This document shows, piece by piece, positions 47,622 to 57,306 of a DNA stretch of 64,000 nucleotides; position 1 is the first letter of the stretch, and the number at the start of each line of letters is the position of its first letter. The notes under the pieces are model-generated. The model saw nothing but the letters and a program-made list of their open reading frames with translations, did no database searches and had not been told where the DNA came from. Position numbers and translations under genes: made by a program. The stretch covers positions 5,160-69,159 of the forward strand of contig JAWCKZ010000004.1 of NCBI GenBank assembly GCA_038851325.1. The letters are read 5' to 3'. The DNA is from Candidatus Bilamarchaeaceae archaeon. GTDB lineage: Archaea; Micrarchaeota; Micrarchaeia; Anstonellales; Bilamarchaeaceae.

Positions 47622-47678
47622 CTTTGCCCTTCCTTTTAATATTTTGAGACATTTTTTTAAAAACCTTTACATAAAAAA

Positions 47679-48245
47679 ATGAAAAAGATGGTGGCAAACA
47701 TGGAAACGCTTGAGGCGATAAGAGCAAGACACTCTGTTCGCGATTATACGAACAAACCTGTTGAGAGAGAAAAGATCTTGGCCATCCTTGACGCAGCGTC
47801 GCGCGCGCCCTCAGGTATGAACAGACAGCCTTGGCACTTTCTTGTACTCACTGAAGAAGAAAGTAGAAAAAAAGCACTCTCTGCGAATAGTATTTATAAT
47901 TCTTGGATGAACAAAGCGCCAGTACTGATTGTTGCTCTTGCTGATAGCAAGGCATTTTATGGAAGAGAGGAACAAAAGACATACTTGTTTGATGTCGGAC
48001 TTGCTGTAGAAAATCTTCTTCTTGCAGCCACAGAACTTGGTCTTGGCGCTTGCGTTACAATAGGCTTTTCAGCTGAAAAATTGCAAAGGGAATTGAACAT
48101 TCCTGAAAGATACATCCCTATCGTGCTTATATCTGTAGGATACGAATCCAAAGAAAAAATAGCTGAGCCTCTAATAAAAGGAATTACACATTCGATAAAC
48201 AAGAAGAAAAACTTTGATGAGGTTGTCTCTTTCGAAAGAATTTAG
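47679..48245 (+). CDS. Nitroreductase-family flavoprotein
   Basis: RHSVRDYT ... MNRQPWHF motifs. Confidence 0.85.
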   Translation: MKKMVANMETLEAIRARHSVRDYTNKPVEREKILAILDAASRAPSGMNRQPWHFLVLTEEESRKKALSANSIYNSWMNKAPVLIVALADSKAFYGREEQKTYLFDVGLAVENLLLAATELGLGACVTIGFSAEKLQRELNIPERYIPIVLISVGYESKEKIAEPLIKGITHSINKKKNFDEVVSFERI

Positions 48246-48246
48246 A

Positions 48247-48456
48247 CTATCTTCTCTTTTTCTTGATTTTTGGTTTGGCGCTTTTTCTCTTCACCTTGGC
48301 TATCACTTTTGGCTGTTTCTTCTTTTTTGGAGGAGCGGGTCTAATCGGTTTCTCGCATTTCTTTATTCCCATCTTATACACGTAAGGTCTTGGACAGACT
48401 TCCTTCGTGACTATACAAATTCCATCCTCCAATTTGGGACAAACCATCCAGACCAC
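48247..48456 (-). CDS. Possible small basic protein, 69 aa (questionable)
   Basis: GTG start. N-terminal four-Cys segment followed by a KKKK-rich tail. It may be a translation artefact of a T-rich region. Confidence 0.2.
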   Translation of the reverse strand: MVWMVCPKLEDGICIVTKEVCPRPYVYKMGIKKCEKPIRPAPPKKKKQPKVIAKVKRKSAKPKIKKKRR

Positions 48457-48794
48457 CGCTCACTGTTTTTCGCTCACTGTTTTTTGCACTCTGGACTCGG
48501 TCGAAAGACAGAGCAACTGAACCGATACAACTTAACCCATCAGTTCAAGTTGTCCTCTCTTTCATGCTACAGAATTAACCTGGCGAGTACGGGTTTCATA
48601 CAGCGAGGTATAGTCCAGTCGCTGTATTAATGGCGTCACTCGACAGAGGTTTCCGCAACATACCTTTTTCCAAGGCACCCGAATTGTCCGCGTGCGTAGC
48701 ACACTTCTATAGAAAAGATTATAAATTTAATGCATTTTTGTGATATTTCTACATTATTTATGACTAAATATGTTAGTTTTTAATTGATTTAGGA

Positions 48795-49499
48795 TTATAC
48801 GTGCTTTTTGACATCTATCGCTGCTCCGCTCGGAATACTGTTCACATTCCTGATTAAGTCGATTATTTCCAGCGCTACATCCTCAGGAACATGTGCTGCT
48901 GGCTGGTCTGATATCTGCTCCCACATTTTTGTTTGCGTTGAAGTTGGACAAACCGCATAAACTGCTATTTTATCTTTTTCGAGCTCTTGAGCAAGCGACT
49001 CTGTGAAACCGATTACACCGAATTTGGTTGCGCAGTACACAGCAGCGTTGGCAAACCCTTGTTTCCCGGCAACAGATGAAATATTGATAATAAGACCGCC
49101 ACCTGCCTTTCTCATGTATGGTATCACTTCTTTAGCGCAGTGCATCAGGCCTATGAGATTTACGCCCACTACCGCATCTATCGCGTTATCAGGCATCTCA
49201 GCAAATGGGCCGTAGTGAAGAATTCCGGCATTGTTAACGAGTATATCTATCTTTCCGAATTTCTTAACTGCTTTGGTTAGCATATTTTTTATGTCTTTAA
49301 GTTTCGTGATGTCTGCCTTAACAGCGAGCACTTCAGCGCCCAGTTGCTGTATCTTTCCAGCCGTTTTCTGAAGTTCCGCAACATTTCGTCCTGCTATCAC
49401 AACCTTGGCACCGTTTTTTGCGAACTCCATCGCTATTGCCGCTCCAATGCCTCTTCCCCCACCAGTAATAATCGCAACCCTTTCAGCAAGAAGTTTCAT
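48795..49499 (-). CDS. Short-chain dehydrogenase/reductase (3-oxoacyl-ACP-reductase-like)
   Basis: TGGGRGIGAAIA Rossmann motif, NNAG, and a YxxxK catalytic motif (YCATKFG). Confidence 0.85.
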   Translation of the reverse strand: MKLLAERVAIITGGGRGIGAAIAMEFAKNGAKVVIAGRNVAELQKTAGKIQQLGAEVLAVKADITKLKDIKNMLTKAVKKFGKIDILVNNAGILHYGPFAEMPDNAIDAVVGVNLIGLMHCAKEVIPYMRKAGGGLIINISSVAGKQGFANAAVYCATKFGVIGFTESLAQELEKDKIAVYAVCPTSTQTKMWEQISDQPAAHVPEDVALEIIDLIRNVNSIPSGAAIDVKKHV

Positions 49500-49716
49500 G
49501 CAGATAAAAAGTTTATCAAATTTTAAAACTTTAACGATGCGACACTAATTCTTAACGGGGGAAGAAAAGCTTATCCAAGAAAAGATACCTAGAACAAAGG
49601 CTGCTGCATGCTCCTGCTTTGAAGAATGGATGATGGGGAGGGATGCTAGGGAAGTATTCAACATGAAAGTAGAGTAAGGATTAAAATCATTCAGTACTTT
49701 ACTAGCACGGAGCGAA

Positions 49717-50238
49717 ATGATGTCAGAGTTGGGATATATTAATAGTTTGATAAAGATGGTTTACGATGACACCCTCGCGCACAGTCTTCAGGGTTATGAT
49801 AAAAAAAGAGCAGCCATTATGGAACTCGGAAACATAGGGGACATAACAGCGTTACCAGTACTCTTTGATGCGGTTGAGGATGTTCTATTGCGCAGTGCTG
49901 CTATTACAGCGATTGGTAAGATAAAATTTAGTGCGGAAAATGAAGCGGATGCCATGCAAGCAATAGATGTGCTTGAGAGAGTTATGGATAATTGCACAGA
50001 ATTCCAATACGAAATCTCTCGAACAGCACTGAAAAACATCGCTGAACGGATGAGGGGTAACAATACTGTGACGAACAGAATCGAAGATGTGCTAAAGAAA
50101 AAGAATGAAAAGAAGGACGGAGAAGCGATAAACGATGCCGCAGAATTTAGACTCATAAAAAAAGCTAGAGATGCCAGCAAGCAAGAAAAGGGAAGCAGCA
50201 AGCTGCAAAATAAAGAAGATAGAAGACTCAAGTACTAG
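49717..50238 (+). CDS. HEAT (PBS-lyase-type) repeat protein
   Basis: AAIMELGNIGDITALPVLFDAVED ... LRSAAITAIGKI repeats. Confidence 0.5.
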   Translation: MMSELGYINSLIKMVYDDTLAHSLQGYDKKRAAIMELGNIGDITALPVLFDAVEDVLLRSAAITAIGKIKFSAENEADAMQAIDVLERVMDNCTEFQYEISRTALKNIAERMRGNNTVTNRIEDVLKKKNEKKDGEAINDAAEFRLIKKARDASKQEKGSSKLQNKEDRRLKY

Positions 50239-50290
50239 ATATCTACCCCGCTCCCATAACGATTATAATATTACTCGCTGAATCTGAGTT

Positions 50291-50902
50291 ATGCTAAAAC
50301 AGAAAGAGAAGACGGTCGGTCTGCAGACCAGAATCGGAAAGATGCTCTCATTCATACCTCTCACTCCAAATCAGTTGACCATTGTTGCTTTTCTTACCTC
50401 TATCATGGCAGCCTACGCGATAATTACAAAAGAGCTCGGATACGGCTTAGCGCTTTTTCTTGTTGCTGGAACTCTTGATGCCATAGACGGGGCAATCGCG
50501 AGAGCACGCGGAGAGATAACAAAATTCGGTGGTTTTCTTGACGGCGTCTGCGACAGGTTTGTAGAAGCGCTTTTCCTCATTTCCCTGATGTTCTACCCTT
50601 TACCAACTATCTTCATAGATGCAAAAATCTGGCTTGCAGTGTTGATTTTTATCGGCACATGCATGCCTTCTTATATAAGGGCCTACGCGGACCATCACAG
50701 AGTAATAACCCACAAAGAGGCAAAGGCACTTGGTGGGCTTTTCGAAAGAAGCGAGAGGATATTACTGCTTGCCATGGGGATGTCTGCTGGGATTCTTGTC
50801 TCGATGGATTATTTCATTTATTCTGTAATACTAGCAATTGCGCTTTCCATAATAACAGTTGCGCAGAGAATTATCGTGGTTATGAAAAGACAAACTAGAT
50901 AG
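50291..50902 (+). CDS. CDP-alcohol phosphatidyltransferase
   Basis: DAIDGAIARARGEITKFGGFLDGVCDRFVE matches D-G-x2-A-R-x8-G-x3-D-x3-D. Multiple TM helices. Confidence 0.85.
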   Translation: MLKQKEKTVGLQTRIGKMLSFIPLTPNQLTIVAFLTSIMAAYAIITKELGYGLALFLVAGTLDAIDGAIARARGEITKFGGFLDGVCDRFVEALFLISLMFYPLPTIFIDAKIWLAVLIFIGTCMPSYIRAYADHHRVITHKEAKALGGLFERSERILLLAMGMSAGILVSMDYFIYSVILAIALSIITVAQRIIVVMKRQTR

Positions 50903-51917
50903 AGAGTTTCAGTTGTCTCTCATTCTCGCGTTTTCTCTTCCTAAAACTATCTGTATCTTTTCTTAAAATCGCCTTTTTTAAAAAATACCTCACTGCTGCG
51001 CAGGAATTTTTCTTTAGTTCTTCATATGTTCGTACACTTTCTGTTTTTCCCAAAAGTTTTGGACGATAATCTATGTTATGGAACGGACTCATTAATAGGT
51101 CTCTCTGTTCGTGCGTTAATTTTTTACCTATAAGTTGATTCGGATCAGCGATCGTTTCCTTTAATCTCTTCAAAACAGGTTTTTTAAGATTGCTTATAAT
51201 AGGCTCCAGGCTTACGTCCTCAACTGTGTCGTTTATAATCCGCATAAGAGTAGCCTCATATATTCTTTTGAACGTTTTCCAACCGTTGTGTGAGGCGGCA
51301 AATTCAGGATGAAACTGAAAACCAATAACCGGATTACCTCCGAAACATTCGGTAGCATCGACTATCTGGATGCCGCCGTTACTCGTAGCAAGAACTCTTA
51401 TTTTGTCATTACCATTACTTATACTTATTTTATAAGCATGATTCACTGGAAAGAGAAGGATATCTCCTGCTTTGCCTACTTCATCTATATCTTCGTAAAG
51501 AAGCACTTCCCGCGGACCTATCTCAAATTGTATTATCTTCTTTGACTCGTTTCCAACCACCTTTGCGATTGCATGAAGACCAAAACATATACCAAGTGTT
51601 GGCACCGAGGATAGTAACGATTCTATCTGCGCAAGCGCTTTTTGAAGTTCTCTAGAATTTTCTGTTGTTGGCAGAGGACTGCCGGCGATTATGAGCAACT
51701 GAAAATCTTTCTCATCAAAATGGTACTCCTCTTTAAAGCAACGGATATGACGACAATTAAATAGGATATGAGAAAACAAATCCGCGCCATAGACTGCCTC
51801 TGATAGCATTTCTTTTATGATACGCGCAGTAAGCTGTTCATCATATTTTGTATAGTTAAGAGGAGTGTAATCTAAAATACCAACGTCAATCATCTTTTTC
51901 ATGCATTGATTAGGCAT
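50895..51917 (-). CDS. Class I glutamine amidotransferase-like protein with a C-terminal extension
   Basis: Nucleophile elbow LGICFGLH and a His-Glu pair region FQFHPE. Confidence 0.6.
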   Translation of the reverse strand: MPNQCMKKMIDVGILDYTPLNYTKYDEQLTARIIKEMLSEAVYGADLFSHILFNCRHIRCFKEEYHFDEKDFQLLIIAGSPLPTTENSRELQKALAQIESLLSSVPTLGICFGLHAIAKVVGNESKKIIQFEIGPREVLLYEDIDEVGKAGDILLFPVNHAYKISISNGNDKIRVLATSNGGIQIVDATECFGGNPVIGFQFHPEFAASHNGWKTFKRIYEATLMRIINDTVEDVSLEPIISNLKKPVLKRLKETIADPNQLIGKKLTHEQRDLLMSPFHNIDYRPKLLGKTESVRTYEELKKNSCAAVRYFLKKAILRKDTDSFRKRKRENERQLKLSI

Positions 51918-52021
51918 GTTATAATTGTAGAAAGATTACGAATTTAAACCTGTGCCTGCTTCGTCGGGTCTATGGACTCAACAACACTAAAATATTAAAA
52001 ATAAGTTAAAAGTAAAAGTGG

Positions 52022-52512
52022 CTAACAACCATACCTACCTGAAAGGGCTATCGCTGGAAGAAGACCTTTGCTGATTTCTTCAGTCATAACCTCTTTCTTT
52101 GAAAGCTCGCTTTTCTTTCGATTGCCGTTCTTCATAGATTCAATCGAATTTAATTTATTTGCTGCTACCAGAGACACGGCCCAGTCCTTGTGATTCAAAA
52201 GCTTCCTAAGTAACCGTATCTGCTTTTTATGTCCAGCGCTTTCTATTTTTTTGTTGACATACTCTGTTGAGTTTATTCCTCCATTTTCTTCTGATTTTCT
52301 CATTCTTATGTTTGTACTCATATGGTTTCACCTCGTGATTCATACAAATTTATGGCACGCCATGCAGTCATTGTTGAGACGCCGGCAAAATCAGCAATCT
52401 TCCTAATTCCCAAATTACTTGTCCAATACAACTTCAAAATTAGATTCAGTTTTTCCTTATCAATCACTCTGGGTCTTCCTCTGGCCTGGTCGCTGCCTAA
52501 AAGAGAGACCAC
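52022..52512 (-). mobile_element. IS630/Tc1-like transposase N-terminal HTH fragments (two ATGA-overlapping ORFs of 64 and 99 aa), probable remnant
   Basis: RGRPRVIDKEKLNLILKLYWTSNLGIRKIADFAGVSTMTAWRAI is a typical IS630-type HTH. No DDE catalytic domain follows. Confidence 0.35.
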
Positions 52513-52650
52513 CTCGATTTACTTTTCTTTTTCACACACTTCACCTCCGTTTACAATATACTTTGTTATAAATTAGAGAAGAAAAGTTTATAAAGACATG
52601 TATCATAACAACATCTCTCTTTTAAACCTTTTCACACATATGCAAACTTC

Positions 52651-53217
52651 ATGCAGTTCAGAAATAATGCTATGAGATTTAAAATCGAGACGACGTCTGG
52701 GGGTAATAGAGAGCAGAGCTCGCTAAAGAAGGTTCTGCTCAAAATCAACGCAATGCTTCTCGTAGCAGGTATTGCGGTCTGTGGCGCTCCCTGCTCTTTG
52801 CATGAAAAAAATGAAATCAGCATTTCCCAAATAATCGAGCAGACGAAACAAAAAACCAAAGGAGGGAAGATAGAAGTAAGGAAAAGAGAGGGATTTTGCG
52901 CCGTCCACTGCAAAAAGGATGGTGAAGGACCGTTTAGTTCTAGAAAAACAGTTTATGAAGTGGATTTCTCGACTGATGGAGTATATCATAAGGAGTTTTA
53001 CAGTAAAAATGGCGTGCTTATTGTTGAGGGCATAGGAAATGACACAGAACGATTGTTCAGGAACCCAAACTGGAAAGACACAACTGTAGCCGTTCGAGCG
53101 TTAAAGATCGGTGCTGTGTGGTATCCGATAGAAGATTACAAAGGCGAGGAAGCCGAAAGGCTCTGGGCAAAGGTCAAGTCGGGATGTTATCCCTACATGT
53201 CTAAAATGGAGGAATAA
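52651..53217 (+). CDS. Hypothetical protein with N-terminal signal/anchor (possible lipoprotein)
   Basis: Hydrophobic segment LLVAGIAVCGAPC, then a soluble region. Confidence 0.4.
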   Translation: MQFRNNAMRFKIETTSGGNREQSSLKKVLLKINAMLLVAGIAVCGAPCSLHEKNEISISQIIEQTKQKTKGGKIEVRKREGFCAVHCKKDGEGPFSSRKTVYEVDFSTDGVYHKEFYSKNGVLIVEGIGNDTERLFRNPNWKDTTVAVRALKIGAVWYPIEDYKGEEAERLWAKVKSGCYPYMSKMEE

Positions 53218-53325
53218 AAATCTTCTTTGAAAAAGCATTTTCATGGGTATTAGAAAACTCCTATTGAACTGGAGAATAGTACAATTTTTGTAATCATCAT
53301 GACAAGCGGAATAATTTAGAAAAAA

Positions 53326-53496
53326 CGCCCTCACGGGGATTTTCACCAGAGGAGAAAGTCCTCAGGGCTTTTGACCAAGCCCTTTACTTTTGCCCTATGA
53401 AAGGGAGGAGTCAAAAGTAATGGGTTCGAACCCCGGTCACAGGCTCCGGAAGCCTGTGTCCTTTCTGGCATCCAATCCAGGCTAGACCATGAGGGC
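53326..53496 (-). tRNA. tRNA-Arg(CCG) gene, 171 nt, with two predicted introns (~13 nt in the D-loop and ~88 nt in the T-loop near position 59/60)
   Basis: Minus-strand parse:
- Acceptor GCCCUCA / UGAGGGC plus discriminator G.
- D-stem GUCU / GGAC with an oversized 22-nt loop.
- Anticodon stem CAGGC / GCCUG with loop UUCCGGA (U33, anticodon CCG).
- T-stem CGGGG / CCCCG with G53-C61.
- The T-loop is split as UUCGAA[88 nt]U.
- A T6 tract follows the 3' end. Confidence 0.65.
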
Positions 53497-53635
53497 ATCT
53501 TAGATTTTTCGCATCTTTGGTTTAAAACCTTTTATGAGCAACCGCCTCAAAAGGCCAAACGAAGGATGGTGCTGCTATGAAAATAGAGTGACATAGTGAA
53601 AAGGCTTAAATATCTTACATGATTAGGTGTAGAAT

Positions 53636-55423
53636 ATGGCGGCAATATCAATTTCTAATAGACTTAATGCTCTCTCTGGCCCTTGCTGCTTAACAGACAC
53701 AAAATCAATCAATAAAGACATGCGTAAGGCAAAACTAAGCACGCTCGAAGAGAGGATATACCGAATTGCCGAAACCAAGAATATCAGAAACGATGTAGAG
53801 GGCATAATAAAGGCATTCAATATGACAGGAAATAACTACCATCAGTTTTTTAGAAAAAGACTGCTCGAAGCGCTACAGAGTGGAGCGCTTGAAAAGCCTG
53901 AACAAAGAAGGGCGCTCTTAACGCTCATAAGAGAAAACCCTGAAGCAGCGGATTCCATGCCTCGTGTTCTTACGAGAGAAAAAAACTTTCTTGGAGAATG
54001 TTATAACGCGCTTAATGAAAGTCAGATAGGAAGAGCAGTAAGGCTTGCGCGTAACAGAAGCCCAACCAACTGCCCGGAAGATATATCGAATACCATGGAG
54101 GGTATGATCAGAGAGGGCGCATTTGACGACATATCCGTAATAAGAGAAACAAGGTTAAGACTTCAAAACGCGTCTCTGGAGACCCCAGCATTTCAACTAT
54201 CGCAAGCGACCATTGCTAATTTAAATGGCGAAAACTTAGTAGCTTCTTATCTTTCGGGTTATTCGGCTGTTAAAACTGAACCTAAAACTAATTGTATAAG
54301 CGAGAGCAACGCAGAAAGAAATGCATTTACATTTGTTGACCAATTTAGCTCGATACAACACTTTCTAAATTTTAGGTTACTAAATTTACTAAGGGAGCGA
54401 TTTGCAAGAAAGCGGGATCAAAGTTGCATTCTTCTGAGTGAGCACGAGGTAAATGAGACGTCTAATTTTCTACTAAAAATGTTCAACCACCCGCTCACTA
54501 AAAATAGTTTGCTTTACGAACAAAATGCAACAGGCAAAAACGCAGAAAAAATTGTTGAAATACTTTCCACGCGAAAGCTTTCCGCGCCTAATGCCAAAAA
54601 AAGCATGGCGCTGGTTAGGTTTGGAACCACTGACATAGGTTTAAGCAATTATCTTTGGACATCCTCTAAGAAACTTGAAGAAAAAAAACCTTTGCACGAT
54701 GCTAAAAAGACATACGGAACAAATGGTTTTGAATGGAAACCAAAAGAAGAAAAAGAAAGGAGCAAGCATGCTGAAAAGAGTAAGCACGCTGAATTAAGGA
54801 GTAAGCCTTACAAGCAGAATAAACCAATATATAAAAAGCTTGAAAAAGAAAGTTGGATCAAAAAGCCGAAATTGACAACCGCAAAGAGAGCACCAAAGAA
54901 AAAGCCCTTCAAGAGTGAGAGATCTGATGATGAAAAAGACAGAACAAAATTTATGAAGAAGGCAAAAGGGGTCAAGAAGATTTTGAGCAGCATAAAAAGG
55001 GAAAAGGCAAAAAAGGCGCTTTTATCAATGAAGAACTCACTTAGGAAAATAAAAGAAGAATTAAGAAAAATATCGAACCTGCTAAAGGCAATGGCGGTTA
55101 TAACCAATTACAAAAACAGAACTGTTAAAACACATTACAAAAAAATAGAGAGGGAAACAAAAAAGATTGCGGACCGCGCTGTCTACACAAAAGAACCAAA
55201 AAATGTAAAAGACGCCAAAAAAATAAGAAAATTAATTAGGGTAGAGGATGAGATAAAACTTGCCAAAGACATGATAAAAAAATTAAATAATAAAAAATCA
55301 AATCATGCTGTGCGTTATCATATTTTCGACTTCTTTAAAACGCCTTCTTCTGATGCTCGAACAAGAGTTTTGCGCAACAGCAAAATGAAGAACGCATGCG
55401 CCTACACTAGAAAGCCTAGCTAA
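53636..55423 (+). CDS. Hypothetical protein, 595 aa, with a strongly lysine-rich C-terminal half
   Basis: ORF only. The C-terminal ~250 aa are K-rich and predicted nucleic-acid-binding-like. Confidence 0.45.
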   Translation: MAAISISNRLNALSGPCCLTDTKSINKDMRKAKLSTLEERIYRIAETKNIRNDVEGIIKAFNMTGNNYHQFFRKRLLEALQSGALEKPEQRRALLTLIRENPEAADSMPRVLTREKNFLGECYNALNESQIGRAVRLARNRSPTNCPEDISNTMEGMIREGAFDDISVIRETRLRLQNASLETPAFQLSQATIANLNGENLVASYLSGYSAVKTEPKTNCISESNAERNAFTFVDQFSSIQHFLNFRLLNLLRERFARKRDQSCILLSEHEVNETSNFLLKMFNHPLTKNSLLYEQNATGKNAEKIVEILSTRKLSAPNAKKSMALVRFGTTDIGLSNYLWTSSKKLEEKKPLHDAKKTYGTNGFEWKPKEEKERSKHAEKSKHAELRSKPYKQNKPIYKKLEKESWIKKPKLTTAKRAPKKKPFKSERSDDEKDRTKFMKKAKGVKKILSSIKREKAKKALLSMKNSLRKIKEELRKISNLLKAMAVITNYKNRTVKTHYKKIERETKKIADRAVYTKEPKNVKDAKKIRKLIRVEDEIKLAKDMIKKLNNKKSNHAVRYHIFDFFKTPSSDARTRVLRNSKMKNACAYTRKPS

Positions 55424-55477
55424 TACGTATAAGATATATCTTTACCTGCTTATAATTTTTCATTTCTGCATAATGAT

Positions 55478-55675
55478 TCATGAATTAAGACAAGTCAGGG
55501 ATTTCTTGAACTCTTCGTACTCTTCTACGGTATCTTCGCCAGCCTTTACTAGACACTCTAAAAAACAGACTCTATCAGCAAGCTGCTTTACACCGCTTTT
55601 TCTTATTTCAGGGTCGCTATCTTTTATCATCTTAGAAAATGTTTCAAATGGGTAAATGTTTGGACACCAGCGCAA
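55478..55675 (-). CDS. Small hypothetical protein, 65 aa
   Basis: ORF only. Confidence 0.2.
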   Translation of the reverse strand: MRWCPNIYPFETFSKMIKDSDPEIRKSGVKQLADRVCFLECLVKAGEDTVEEYEEFKKSLTCLNS

Positions 55676-55703
55676 TGTAAAAGAATGGCTGGCCTATTGA
55701 GCG

Positions 55704-56747
55704 CTATTTCTTCACAAGAAAATCTAACACGACTTGAACGACCTTCGGCGCGTATGGCCTAACTATTCTCCTGTTTTTTATTTCTACAGCAAGTTTTGCC
55801 CTTCTCGCCTCCTCAAAAATTCTTTTTTCTATTCCTTCATACGGATTCTCAATAGGACCGAAGGCATATATGTGTACAACACAACCATTTTTCGCTCCTG
55901 CAAACGCAACATCCAGGAATTGATCCGCACTCCTGGGCAATGGCATTAGGATACGATCAGCGAAGTCTTTATACTTGCTTAGCACAATCGCTCGCGCATC
56001 GCCCATCTCTACGATAATATTTTTTATTTTGTTTAATTTTATGTTTTCTTTCATGTACCTCACAGCCGCAGGGTTGAGTTCAATAGCCACTACATTGGCG
56101 CTGGGCTGTGACTTTGCAATAATAAGAGGGAACGGGCCTACACCAGCAAAGAGTGCAAGGATGCGCTCTCCTGGTTTAACAAGCTCTGCTATTCTCTTTC
56201 GTTCATGACTTAAACGAACCGAGAAATAGACTTTCGCGACATCAAGCCGCATACGGCACCCGTGCTCTGTATGCAACGTCTCTGTTCTGTTCTCTCCAGC
56301 TATTATCTTTAACGGGCGAACACGAAACTCGCTTTCTACTTTGCCGCACTTCCTCGCTACAACCTTGATGCGCTTATTTGCCTTTAAGATTGCATTAGCT
56401 ATTTCGCTCTCTTTGTGTTGTAACTCCTCTGGTATTTCTATGATAGCGATATCCCCAACAACATCATATGAAGTAATCAAATTCTTAAGCTCCTCTTGAG
56501 TTAGAACACCAGAAAGAAGAACGCGTAGCTTCGCTCCGCGTTCTATCTTCTCTCCTTCCATCTCGACCGTGCTATAACCCTTTACGGGTTGTGTAACTGG
56601 AAAGTAAACAAAAGTTTCATCATGAAAGGCCTTGTAGTCCTTGACATAAAGACCTTCCGCAGTAAGCATCTGTTTTGCTCTCTCAGCCTCTTTCTTAGGC
56701 ACCTTTATAAAAAGCATTCCAACACGCCTCAACACGCCCTGACCCAT
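55704..56747 (-). CDS. trm5: tRNA (guanine37-N1)-methyltransferase Trm5 / Taw2-like (Met-10+ family)
   Basis: Met-10+ fold with LFAGVGPF SAM motif and an N-terminal D1-like domain. Confidence 0.75.
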   Translation of the reverse strand: MGQGVLRRVGMLFIKVPKKEAERAKQMLTAEGLYVKDYKAFHDETFVYFPVTQPVKGYSTVEMEGEKIERGAKLRVLLSGVLTQEELKNLITSYDVVGDIAIIEIPEELQHKESEIANAILKANKRIKVVARKCGKVESEFRVRPLKIIAGENRTETLHTEHGCRMRLDVAKVYFSVRLSHERKRIAELVKPGERILALFAGVGPFPLIIAKSQPSANVVAIELNPAAVRYMKENIKLNKIKNIIVEMGDARAIVLSKYKDFADRILMPLPRSADQFLDVAFAGAKNGCVVHIYAFGPIENPYEGIEKRIFEEARRAKLAVEIKNRRIVRPYAPKVVQVVLDFLVKK

Positions 56748-56828
56748 TTGAGAGTAGTCTTTTAAAACACTCTCTTATATCTAACTAACAAAAGGAATAA
56801 AAAAGGATTAAAAACAAAAGGGGTACTT

Positions 56829-57302
56829 ATGGAAAAGATAATCAACGCCATAGTAGATGGAGGAAAAGCAACAGCTGGTCCGCCACTTGGTCCTGCTCTT
56901 GGTCCGCTTGGCATAAACGCAGGACAGGTGGTGACAAAGATAAACGAGGAGACCAAGGCATTCGCAGGCATGAAGGTGCCGGTAAAGGTTATAGTGAACA
57001 CTGAGACAAAGACGTTTAAGATAGAGATTGGCACACCACCTACAGCAGAACTACTCAAAAGGGCTGCGAAGATAGAGAAAGGTGCTGGAACAAGAGAAAA
57101 CTGGGCTGGTGAGGTAACGCTTCAACAAGTCATCGAAATCGCAAAATCAAAAACAAGTTCGCTCGGAAAGACGGTAAAGGATAGAGCAAAGGAAGTATGC
57201 GGAAGCTGTACGAGCATTGGAATAAAGATAGATGGAAAGAATCCAAAAGAAATCATCAAGGAAATAAACGAGGGAAAACACGATTCGCTCTTTACGAGTT
57301 GA
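56829..57302 (+). CDS. rpl11: Ribosomal protein L11
   Basis: GGKATAGPPLGPALGPLGIN ... canonical L11 N-terminal domain. Confidence 0.9.
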   Translation: MEKIINAIVDGGKATAGPPLGPALGPLGINAGQVVTKINEETKAFAGMKVPVKVIVNTETKTFKIEIGTPPTAELLKRAAKIEKGAGTRENWAGEVTLQQVIEIAKSKTSSLGKTVKDRAKEVCGSCTSIGIKIDGKNPKEIIKEINEGKHDSLFTS

Positions 57303-57306
57303 ATGT

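Noticed and set aside
53101-53346. 81-aa minus-strand ORF with GTG start
   Set aside because: It overlaps the 3' part and intron of the tRNA-Arg gene and has a hydrophobic low-complexity translation. The RNA gene is the better explanation.
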